Shown here piece after piece: positions 28,601 through 39,500 of a stretch of 64,000 nucleotides of DNA (the first letter of the stretch is position 1; each line of letters starts with the position of its first letter). Under the pieces are notes generated by a model. That model ran no database searches and had not been told where the DNA came from. It saw only the letters and a list, made by a program, of their open reading frames with translations. This DNA is from Azolla caroliniana (lineage: Eukaryota > Plantae > Polypodiophyta). Both the position numbers and the translations under genes were made by a program. The DNA is taken from NCBI GenBank assembly GCA_043228905.1, contig JBHGNT010000011.1, positions 12,338,001 through 12,402,000 of the forward strand, in the 5' to 3' direction.

Positions 28601-31600
28601 ATACCCCGGGAATCCAGGATTGGGAGTGGTGCCTGTTTTGGCTTCGGATGGCGGACACAAGTTCAGTAAGGCCTACCAGATTGATACGAGATTTGGAAGT
28701 GACTATCAGAGGTCACGCATTCCGCATTTCGGCAGTAGTCCTCCAGCTCAATGCACAAGGAGCATACCCACTGTTGCTGGGTTGGCCATGGTTAAAAACA
28801 ACGCACATCAAGCAAAACTGGTGGAAAAACATCATCACTTTTCGGCGCAGCAAAGCGAAAGTACGGGTACCTACACAACCACGTTCAAGTACCGGAAAGG
28901 AGCTGACACTGCTGTATGCGGAATGTGTCAACATGCTTGAAGGATTGGCTGATGAGGAGGTTGATCAATATTTACAGGAGAATCCAAAAATTGTACCCTT
29001 ATTTGAAGTCGATTTCGCCGAAGCAATGGCCCCATACATCATACCGAAGGAGGCCGGTGAAGAACCGTATAAGGAGGCCATCAGAGAGTTATGCCAAGCG
29101 TAGGAAGCGTTGGAGAAGGAATTGGCAGTATCGCAATGCGTAAAAGCCTCTCAGCTGGAAGAGGTAAACCTCGACACCGTAGAAGATGCGAGACCGGTTC
29201 ACATTGCCAAAGAAATGACTCCCGAAAGGAAGACGGCAACGATCACCTTATTAAAGGAGTTCCAGGATGTGTTCGCGTGGTCTTACGAAGACATGTGGGG
29301 GCTAGACCCTCAGTTGTATCAACACCAGATACATCTGAGTAAGGACGCCAAGCCAGTGGCGCAACAGCGCTACCAGATGAACCCTAGCTATGCAGCAAAA
29401 GTAAAGGACAAAATCGATAAATTGTTACGGGTAGGGTTCATCCGACCGGTCAAGAAGGCAACGTGGTTGAGTCCGATAGTCGTCGTACCGAAAAAGAACG
29501 GAAAAATCCAGGTATGTGTCGATTATCGAAAATTGAATGCGGCAATGATACCTGACGCATTCCCACTCCCGTTTACGGATGGAGTCCTAAACCGTTTTGT
29601 AGGCAGAGCCGGTGATCTATAAAAAGGCCCAGTTACATTGTAAATGACGATGGAGAATTAATAAAGCTCAAATTCCTTATCTCTGTGCATTGATTATTGT
29701 TCTGTGCTAATTACTTTCTATCTTACGCGTGTATTAAGATTAAGGTTCTGTTATTTAAGTAACCGATTAAGGTTGGATTAATTGTCGGTCTAACTCTGTT
29801 CCACCGTAACACCCTTTGGTGAAGTGTCTTCTATAGACACCCTTTGTTAGGCTATTGTCCGGCCCTACGGAGTAACACGAGTCATTACGCCGAGCATCCA
29901 CGCCGAGGTGCTCAAGGTGCGAGTAGACTGCCGTAACTGGGCTGAATTCGAGGGGGGCTCCTCGAAAGGTACGGTTTCGACGACTCACTCCGGCTGTCGA
30001 AGAAGGACTTTATGGATTGGGTCGAGAGCCCCGGCAAAGGACGGAATACGTCGGCCTTGCTTCAAGAGTTCAAAAAGCGGTTCGTGTGACTCTCGATGCT
30101 AGATGGACCATGCTCGATACGAGCAAGGTCCTACTATTTGTGAAGTCGGTCGACATGCTCGACCGCGAGAAGGTTGGTCTCCTCTTGGAGACGGATGAAG
30201 GGCTCACGGTCAACTGGGCCGTGGTCAAAAGAGTCTGCGGCTGTTTCTACAAACAGCGCGATTGGAACGATGCGGGGTTGTTGATGACCGGCGCGAGTGC
30301 CAGGAGGAAGCTAGAGGAACCGGTTTGACGAGAGCGGATGAAACGAGACAGTGGCTTGAGTCAGGCATGGCGCCGACCAATGTGGTGGTAGGACCGTCTG
30401 GGGATGCAACTCTTGAGGAGCTGACCAAGATGGTGCGTGATCTCCAGATTGCGCAAGCACAGAGGGACAACGGGGGTCAATTGCACGACCAGAGGCCACC
30501 GTTCGACCAGAGGTGACAGTGCCGACTTCGCCGAGGCGCTTAAGAGTAACGTGGTGTACCTTTGGAATGGTCGGGTACACACTTGCGATACGCAAAGGGC
30601 CCTGGAGGTAAATACTGGTTGTGGTGGAATGAAAAGGGTAACGGAGGAAGTTGCGGCGCAGCACGCCGAAACCGTCCACTATTCAGCATCCGTCGGGATC
30701 CAGGTAGGAGGGGATAGGAATGTTGACTCCGAATTGTGGCCACTAGTGTTGGGAGGCCTGTCAGGGGTAAGACTGAGAATAGAAGAGGCGGACCTTGCGG
30801 AGAAGCGGGTCCGGGAAGTTACCAGGTGGAGCGACCCAGTCGAAGAAAAGAATGGCTTCGTGGAGGTTGCGTGCTAGAACTATGAAGTTTTGGTAGAAGA
30901 CAAACGAGCCGAGAAGAGAAAATGAGTTGGACCGTTGAACCGGTACGATGCCCGCAATGCGCTGAAAAAGAATGACGGAGGTCCAATAGGCCCATGGGAC
31001 AGGACAAAGCTAACGAGCTTCCGGTTGAGCTCGGAGATAGAGAGGGCGACGGACTTGCGGAAGGTCTTGGAGTAGTGGATCCTCGATAGCAAAGTAGAGT
31101 TGTGATTGAGGGAAGTGTTAGGGATCACAAAGAAGGAGTTCCATGACTCCATTGTGGATCTGGTAAAACAAAAGTGGCTCTCGATAGAGCTTGAGCCAAA
31201 GAAGCCCGTAGAGGTGAGAGCAACACACATCGACAAGGTAGCCACGGAAGACGAGTTCTCGACCAGCCATATATGAAGCTGCACTGGGGGAGAGCGACAA
31301 CGGAGACACCGGTCCAGATTGGGAACGTAGAGTGGCTTTATTCGACCATGGGTCCGAAATTAACCTGATGTCCATGGACTTCTACAAGAAAGGGAAATGG
31401 CCGATCAACACCAAACACGGGTGGAAAATACGCGCGGCGACCTACGCCACAGAGGAGCTACACAGGGCATTGCCCAAACGTCCGAGTGAAGGTTGGGGAT
31501 GTCGAGATCGATCAACACTTCTTCGTGTAGGAGACATCCTCCCATCCAATCATCCTCAACAAACCTTACATTACGGCAGCTTGAATGGAAATGAAGGTGT

Positions 31601-31610
31601 TGGACAACGT
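25673..31610 (+). mobile_element. Outer Gypsy-type element (gag + aspartic protease remnants), interrupted at 25894-29877
   Basis: The gag-like frame ..RDILEDRRLAGFPQV resumes after the insertion as ..ITPSIHAEVLKVRVDCRNWAEFE. Protease motif ALFDHGSEINLMS at 31332. Stops and frameshifts present. Confidence 0.8.
25894..29877 (+). mobile_element. Inner Ty3/Gypsy LTR retrotransposon with a large 3' internal deletion
   Basis: 5' LTR 25894-26353 (TGTTA...TAACA). The partial 3' LTR 29591-29877 matches 26068-26353. TSD CAAGT / CGAGT. gag with CCHC knuckles (CTTCLNVGHSALEC, CYYCRQEGH), protease IIDEGSGVN, and RT start (FQDVFAWSYEDM..WLSPIVVVPKKNGKIQVCVDYRKLN..DAFPLPF) that breaks off into the LTR. 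Confidence 0.93.
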
Positions 31611-32700
31611 TTCAACTTTATGCACTCGAACAAGGTTCGCATGCAACTTCTGCCTATGCTTCAGAATTTCGACAACTAGCATGTGACGTCAATTAGGATG
31701 ATCAAGCTTTATCTAATCACTTTCGGTGGGGCCTTCAGAGCAATGTCAAGAATCTTCTCTTGAACTTTCTGGAACCCACGTCATTATCCCAAGCGATCGC
31801 ACAAGTAGTCCATTGTGACAATCTTCATTTTGAATTTCACCAAGAAGAGTGGCGGACTTGGGGGATTCATTCACTTCCACGACACACACCGGTAGTATAG
31901 CCCCTAGTTTCATTCCTGTCGGTTGCGTCACGTTTCCTTACTTTGGTAGATGCTCCAGTCCCAATGGAAATTGATCAACCCTGATTTCATCCATTAACTG
32001 ATGTCGAACGACAATATCGGCTGGCTAATGGCTTGTGTTTGTACTGCGGTGCCTCTGGTCATCTCCTTCTCCATTGTCCTAGGAGTAATCGCCCACAAAT
32101 CCATTGAGCCAACGGACCCCAACATCTGGAAAACAACATCATCTGGTTGCAGTAGGAGCCACGTAGTTGGATGTCTCCCATCACCCACATTCTCTTGGTT
32201 CCATTGCCGGAGCATCAAGCATCAAGCAATTTCACATTAGAGATATGCCTTTTGTTTAACTCTAGTTCCATTCAACTTGTCACTTTACTTTATTCTGGAG
32301 TGTCTTCTTGCTTCATCGACATCACGTTCACCCAAGCACATGGGGTACCTGTCGTCTGCCTCTCAAAACCCATTCTCATTGAAACCATCCACAAATGCGT
32401 TCTCCCATCAAGAGCGATTACCCAGACTACAATCCCATTAGGGCTTCGTGTGGGATCCCACTTGGAGAAGCTCCCCTTTTACCTCATCGCATTTCCTTGG
32501 CATCCGATCGTCTTAAGTCAACGTGGTTGGAGGCGCAGAATCTAATAGTGGGTTGGTGCAATTTCGCGATCACATTTAGCGAGCCAGGATGCTTGCGCAA
32601 AAATATGAAGGTCAATTTAGTTTCACATCATCTGGAGAAGGATGATTCCGACTTGGCCACCCCACCCTCTGTCTAGGATGGGGCCATTTACACCTTAGCT
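31610..32700 (+). mobile_element. Chromovirus-like (Tf/Tcn1-type) Gypsy gag-protease fragment
   Basis: APVPMEID...ERQYRLANGLCLYCGASGHLLLHCP at ~31950-32080, then a degenerate protease (LLYSGVSSCFID..HGVP..LSKPILIETI). Confidence 0.8.
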
Positions 32701-32787
32701 CATCACCAGTTACAAAGTCTTTCAATTCATCAACTGATCCATTTGATTTTCTTCTAGTCTCTTGTGCATATTATCTATCCATGAGAA

Positions 32788-35221
32788 AGGTTGTAGGTTC
32801 AATCCCAACCAACTATGTATTTTATGTCACTATGTCGTGACATTATCCTCCCCTTTATGGCCACCTTTTCAAGAGCATGGTGTAGGGGTGAGCTGAAAGA
32901 GAAAACCGAAGTAGATTGATGAGTGAGCGACCAAGGGCAGTCCTCCCAGAAATAGGAACATGAGTAAATGTGAGCGACCATGTGTGGTCCTCACCGAGAA
33001 GTGGAGCACCAATGGGTGTGAGCAACCATGTGTTGTCTGCACCAGAGATAGGAACACGAATAAGCATGAGTGACCTTCTGCGATCTTCACCAAGAACTGG
33101 AACACGAACGGGCATGAAAGACCATGTGCGGTCCTCACTAGGAACACGAACACCAATGGGCATGAGGAACCATGTGCAGTTCTCACTGAGAACAAGAATA
33201 TGAACAGGTGTGAGCAACCATGTGTGATCCTCACTGGGAACAGGAACACCAACGGGCATGAGTGACCATGTGCGGCTCTCACCAAGAATTGGAACACGAA
33301 CAGATGTGAGCGACCATGTGAGGTACTCACTTGAGACTAGAACATCACCGGGTGTGAGCGACCATGTGCGATCCTCACTAGGACCGTGAACATCAACGGG
33401 CGTGAATGACCATATGCGGCCCTCACCGGGAATTGGAACACGAATGGATGTGAGTGACCGTGTGTGGTCCTCATCGGGAATTGGAACACCAACAGCGTGA
33501 GAAACCATGTGTGGTCATCACCGGGAACTAGAACACCAACGGGCATGAACGACCATGTGTGGTCCTCACCGGGAATTGGAACACCAACGAGCGTGAGTGG
33601 CCACATGCGGTCCTCATTGGGAACTGGAACACCAATGGGCATGAGTGATCATGTGTGGCCCTCACTGAGAATTGGAACACGAACGGATGTGAGCAACCAT
33701 GTGAGGTTCTCACTTGAGACTAGAACATCATCAGGTGTGAGCAACCATGTGCGATCATCATCAGGAACAGGAACACCAACGGGTGTAAGTGACCATGTGC
33801 GGCCTTCGCCGGGAATTGGAACACAAACGGATGTCAATGACCACGTGCAGTCCTCATCAGGAATTGGAACACCAATGGCATGAGCGACCATGTGTGGTCC
33901 TCACTGGGAACTGGAACACCAACAGGCGTGAGTGCCCATGTGCGGCCCTCACCGGGAATTGGAACATGAACAAATGTGAGTGACAATGTGAGGTCCTCAC
34001 TTGAGACTAGAACATCCGACCATGTGTGGTCCTCATCACGAATTGGCACACCAACGGGCATGAGGGACCATGTGCGGAATTGGAACACGAACAAATGTGA
34101 GTGACCATGTGCGGTCCTCACCAAGAGTTGGAACGCCAATGAACATGAGTGACCATGTGCAATCCTCACCTAATACTAGAACATCGAAGGCGAAGAAGTG
34201 CAGGCTAAGCGGTCGACTTGACTTCCTCTATCATGAGAGGGTAAATAGTCGACGTTGACCCAAAACACGACAGAAACGGTAGCGCTAGCTAGAAACCGAC
34301 GTGATCCCCACCAGGAAAGTGAGCGGTTGTGACCCCCATCAAAACTAGAAGGTGAGCGATCGAAATTTATCCTCGTCAAAGGAAAGTGGAGCGAAACTCA
34401 AACCAAAATGAAAATGGAGTACAAGGGAGCAATGATTCAATCCCCACCAAGAAAGTGGGCGGTTGTAACCCCAATCGAAACTAGTACGGTGAGCGATCGA
34501 AATCAATCTTCACCAAAATCGTGATGCAAAATCATACCTATAGATGATGACAACGTCAATGAAGAGGGCGGAACAATAATGATAATGAAAGACCATGCAA
34601 AATATTGTTGATGACAATGAAGGTTGGGCAAAGTAGCGTTTGATGAAGACAACAAGTGGTGTTAAAAATGATGATGTCGAAGACGATGATGATGAGGAAG
34701 CATCTTTGGAAACAATGATCGTGACTAGTGATGATAGTGTTTCTAGAAGCAACGACGACTATGACGACGATGTCTCTAAACCAAGGATGTTGATGACGGT
34801 AACTCTAGAAGAAACAACAATGATGATGGTGTCTCTAGAAGAAAAGATGGAGTCAATGAAGAAGACGGCGATGCTTCCAGTTGGAAGATAATATGCACAA
34901 GAAACTAGAAGAAAATCAAATGGATGAGTTAATGAATTGAAAGACTTCGTAACTAGTGTTGTTCACATTGATTGTAATCTAGGTGAACACATATTTATAC
35001 AAGTTCCAAGATTGAATATCTCTAGACTATACCCATCTAGAATATACCGTAGAATATTTTTAGAATATTCTGGATTGTACTATATACTACACTATACAAT
35101 ACTAAAGTATTATATACAAATATATGCTCATATCAAAATGGTTGAGCATGACATTTTGTTGACGTGAGGTTGTAGGTTCAATCCTCACCAATTGGGTATT
35201 TTATGTCACTATGTCATGACA
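32788..35221 (-). mobile_element. Non-autonomous LTR element whose interior is a 48-bp tandem array
   Basis: 5' LTR ~35221-34522 (TGTCATGACA...CATCA on the - strand), followed by PBS-like TGGTGAAGATTG. PPT AAGGGGAGGATAA at 32843-32855 abuts a truncated second LTR (32842-32788) that matches the start of the 5' LTR. No gag or pol similarity seen inside. Confidence 0.75.
32955..34185. repeat. 48-bp tandem array, ~25 units
   Basis: Consensus ~GAGTGACCATGTGCGGTCCTCACCGGGAATTGGAACACCAACGGGCAT; translates as 16-aa repeats (VGVPIPGEDHTWSLTP on the - strand). Confidence 0.95.
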
Positions 35222-36548
35222 ATTGGTTTCATGACTTGTCCACCATGCCATTGGTTTCTCCAATACATTCTTAGAGGTCTGTAGGTACTTAACTCATCAA
35301 GATTACATTTGGATAACTCTTCCAATCCCAAAATTGTTGTATCAAACTCCAATTACCTCCCTCAAGGTTGATATTATCAAATTTGTATCAAATTCACATG
35401 AGCTACCTTTAATTACATAAAAACTATGCAAATCAAAAGGTCTAATCTCATTTAATAATGGTTGAGCTTGTTACTCAAATTTGTTAAAGTTCCTAGTGAT
35501 TTTCTTAGGTAATGTATATGGCATTGGGAAAGAAAAGAATGTCCCATTACATGATTTTCTAATACCTTAGTCGCGATTTCAATTTCATCTAAAACAGACA
35601 TGAATATATCAATGTCCCATGAGCTGACTTTTCCAATATCTTATTTGCTAAAGTCCTCACCACCTCCCATAGGTAAACATGGTGCCACCCCTACTCATCA
35701 AAGATCAATGCTATGTCCTAAGTATGAGAAATTATTGGGGTTGGTTTGCTTGCTAATCACAAGCAACCAAATGATGATGCCATGTTGAAACTTTTAGGTG
35801 TACATCTAACATTAATGTGCCTAAGTTTTGAGTTTCAGTGTTAGATGACAATATCCAGATAGGATAATGCTGAAAAAATATAAACCCTAAGCCTTAGTCA
35901 TGAAATGCCTAAAGCCGAACACCCAAGCTTGAAACATCAAACTCGTACATTAACCCTAACCATAACCCAAAGTCAAACGTCAAAAACTAAATTTTGCCCA
36001 CTTGCGAGAACCCTAATCTGTATTTTGAGCTTGCTTATGTTTTGTTACAAGTTCTGATTAGAATTTAACCTTGTTATTTTTTTGTAGCCTAATAACAAGA
36101 GGGTAGTACTTTAACTTACATATTTTTTGTATTAATTTAGGTACTTAGCAAAATGTACCACATTTACATAGCCCAAGGGCATTCTAGGTCATCGGGAGTG
36201 CAAAATCTTTGAGGTTCATCAATGGCATGGGTTGAGGCCAAATTTATATTTTTTGGCACATGCACCATGGTTTGAATCTCAATTTTCACACTACTTACTG
36301 GATGACACTGTGGAATGCAGGGTTGAACACATGACCTTCTAATCTCCGCCGGACAACCTTATCCAGGGGTACATCTAGTCAAGCAAGCATTTGTAGCAAC
36401 AAGTAGGTCTTCCATGGAGTAAATTGGCTGTCTCTTTTGAGAAAACCTTTTTTTTTCCAGATGATATTCATAGAATGTCTTGTTTAAGTAAAACTTGCAC
36501 TCTGGACCATCCATAGAAATGTCACACTCAGTCTATTCAGTCCTTTGG

Positions 36549-39500
36549 TCATTGAATCTTTATCACTCGAACACAACTGACAAATTCACTGCAACCAATC
36601 ATTTAAATCAAATGAAAATCTCAGCATATGTTTAATCCATAGTAAAAAATGAAATGGTATTTGATTAGATCTATGTATCGACATTTTATCAGCATTTGTT
36701 TAATTTAACTGTAAAAACATCTACTAACATCTATGGACGTATCGACATTTGATAGGTATTTAAAATAATAGCATCTAGCCACATCAGGTAAGTTTTTGTT
36801 TACAGAAAAAGGCATCCAATTTCATCAGCAGATACATGGAGCACATTACTTGACCAGGAGTAAAAACAAAAAATTATCTGATTGCATGTATGAAAGCATC
36901 AGAAATTGATGCTAAATATAATTACATCCTTGTTTGATTATTTCATTCTGAAAATAATAGTGCCTAAATATTAACTATGGATGCATTTACATTTTACTAA
37001 CATCTGTCTGATTAATTAACGGTATTTTTAAACATATATGTGTGGATGCATTCTTAAGGAAAATAGTATCGAATGTCATCAATGGGTACATCGACATTTT
37101 GTTTTAATCAACTACTACAGATTGTATCTAAATATATCTATTGTTCTTGTTTATTTCTTGTAAAAAGTCGAAATCTAGTTACATCAATGAATGCATCACA
37201 TTTTAGTTTAATTCATTCTGAAAATCTAAACAGAACATTTTCACACTTACTCCCAAGGGTCATCTCCAACAAGAAGCGTATCTCCATCAGTATCGACAAA
37301 CACAAGCTGCCAGCATGATCTATGAGGATCCTCTAGTTGACCTTCTATATTGAACATCTGAGCTAGTTCTCGACGCAGTTCATCATAATTATTCAACCTC
37401 GAAAGATCAATGGACCGCCCAACAGACCCCGATTTGTGAACCTACATTGATCATCCTGACATTTTATTAGAGCACATAAAAAGGAAATCGATACAAGATT
37501 GGTGAAGAGGAAAGTGGTGGGTGCAAAATTGTGTGGTGCAAATGGAGACATTTGACAAGTTTGGGGAGGTTGAGGTTCATAACTTAAAGATTCTGGAAGA
37601 AATCGACGGACTTCAAAATCTTTCCACATACTCTTTAGAGGCTCTTCATGTCACAGGTTATTGCAAAAGTTAAGAACCTTAGATCAAGATGTAAGGGAAC
37701 ATTCTAGAACATTCAACTAAAGATGCACCTTGAAAAAACCTGACCTTTTGAAAGATCTGGAGGAGTTTTCTGTGACACCATGAGTCATGATGCCACTGAC
37801 TCAAAGAATGAGCCATGGAAAGATCCAGAAGTTTCTCGAACCCGATGAATACAAAGCTCAGACAGGAGATGTTTAACCTTAAGACAGACTTATCTGGGAG
37901 TATGTGGAAAGATCTAAGGTTTTCTGGGATGTTTTACAATATCCATGTCATGCACTTCTGCATGTTTCTGTTTTTTTGTATGGTAAAGAGCTCTCAACCC
38001 TGACATAATTTCATGGTTCTTCAGAGTAAGTCTAACTTACTCTGACCTTTCTGAGATGTTTTACAATATCCATGTCATGCACTTCTGCATGTTTCTGTTT
38101 TTTTGTATGGTAAAGAGCTCTCAACCCTGACATAATTTCATGGTTCTTCAGAGTAAGTCTAACCTTTAGACTTACTCTGACCTTCCTGAGATGTTTTACA
38201 ATATCCATGTCATGCACTTGTGCATGTTTCTGTTTTTTTTTATGTTAAAGAACTCTCAACCCTGACATAATTTCATGGTTGTTCAGAGTAAGTCTAACCT
38301 TTGTAAAGGCCCGGACAGGAGCCACAACTTGAGGCGAGTTGAGAACAGCCTCATCAAGCACGCCATTTGCTGCATTCATGCGATTACCATCAGGAGCTGC
38401 AGATGTAAATGACCCCGATGATGATGAAAAGGATCTGATGACAGTCTCGTGACATTGTCCCACCTTCTTATTAGCATTATTCTCATTGAATCTTGTTCGG
38501 AAAGGCGCGCTTGTAGGTAAGACCAAAGGATTCTCTGATTCTAAAAGAAGCAAAAATTTTAAAACCGAAAAGAAGCAATTATCCGTGCAATGAAGAAAAA
38601 TATAAAAACTTTTAATTCTTAAAGAAAAGCTCCTAAAGCCTACACAAAAGCTTTTGAGGCTTCAAGAAAAGCTCACAAATCTTAGACAAAGAACCCTAAA
38701 TCTTAGACAAAAAATCCTAAATCTTACAAAAAGTAAACTACTAAGACAGAAGTTTCCAAATAAACAAAGGTTTCTAAATCTTAAACGAACTCTTCCAAAT
38801 CTAAAACAAATGCTTCTAAATCTTAAACAAAAGCGCCTAAATCTTGAACAGAAGTTCCCAAACATTGAACAAAAAGCTCCTAAATCTTTAGAAAAAAGGC
38901 TTCAAGCTCATAGATAAGGCCTGACCTAAAGATTCAGGTGGGAAACATGAGGTGACTGTTGATGACGATGTATCTGATTGCCCAATTTGAATGTTAGACA
39001 ATACTGAGGATTCCCTCAACTGAAACGAGTTTCCTTGGAGTGAGGTTTCGATCCGCGGTAGGCTGGAAAATAATTCTTGGGATTGATGGAATTGTTGTGG
39101 CTCTGACTTGGGTTCGAGTTGCATCATATGCTGCTGTGCCTCTGACCATGGATTCTGTGCATATGCATGTTTTTGTGCCTGTAGGAGGAGCTTCCCTGCA
39201 TGTTCTTCTATATTGGAAGGTCCCACACTACCCCTTCGAAACATGCTTTGATATGAAAATGAGGTGTTGGAGTTGGCATTGGATGTAGACCCAAATCCCA
39301 CCTCAGACTCTGCAAATTTTGTATTCGAAATTATCGGAACTTGGGTCTGACCATATGATATTTGAGACAAATGGGCGGGTATTTCTGATAAATGTGAAGC
39401 TTGTTGATGACATACTGAAGGCATTGCTTCATGCGTACCTTGTGATGCCATCGAATGTGTGGGTGATGATTTGGACTGTATTGGCGATGATTTGGACTGT

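Noticed and set aside
27401-28934. Several long antisense or alternative-frame ORFs over the inner Gypsy
   Set aside because: Expected shadows of GC-richer gag-pol coding sequence; no independent motifs.
32955-34185. CRISPR-like regular array
   Set aside because: The units are contiguous and homologous along their whole length, with no unique spacers and no cas genes, in a eukaryotic context.
34510-34891. Acidic Asp-rich ORF and Ser-rich antisense ORF
   Set aside because: Low-complexity (GAT/GAC)n sequence inside an LTR.
35880-35970. AAACCCTA / TAACCCTAA telomere-like motifs (also ~4886 and ~43933)
   Set aside because: Only one or two isolated units, as expected by chance or as telo-box-like motifs; not an interstitial telomere array.
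38654-38917. Leu-heptad, coiled-coil-like 87-aa ORF and its antisense partner
   Set aside because: A translation by-product of a 21-bp intronic minisatellite; no true ATG start.
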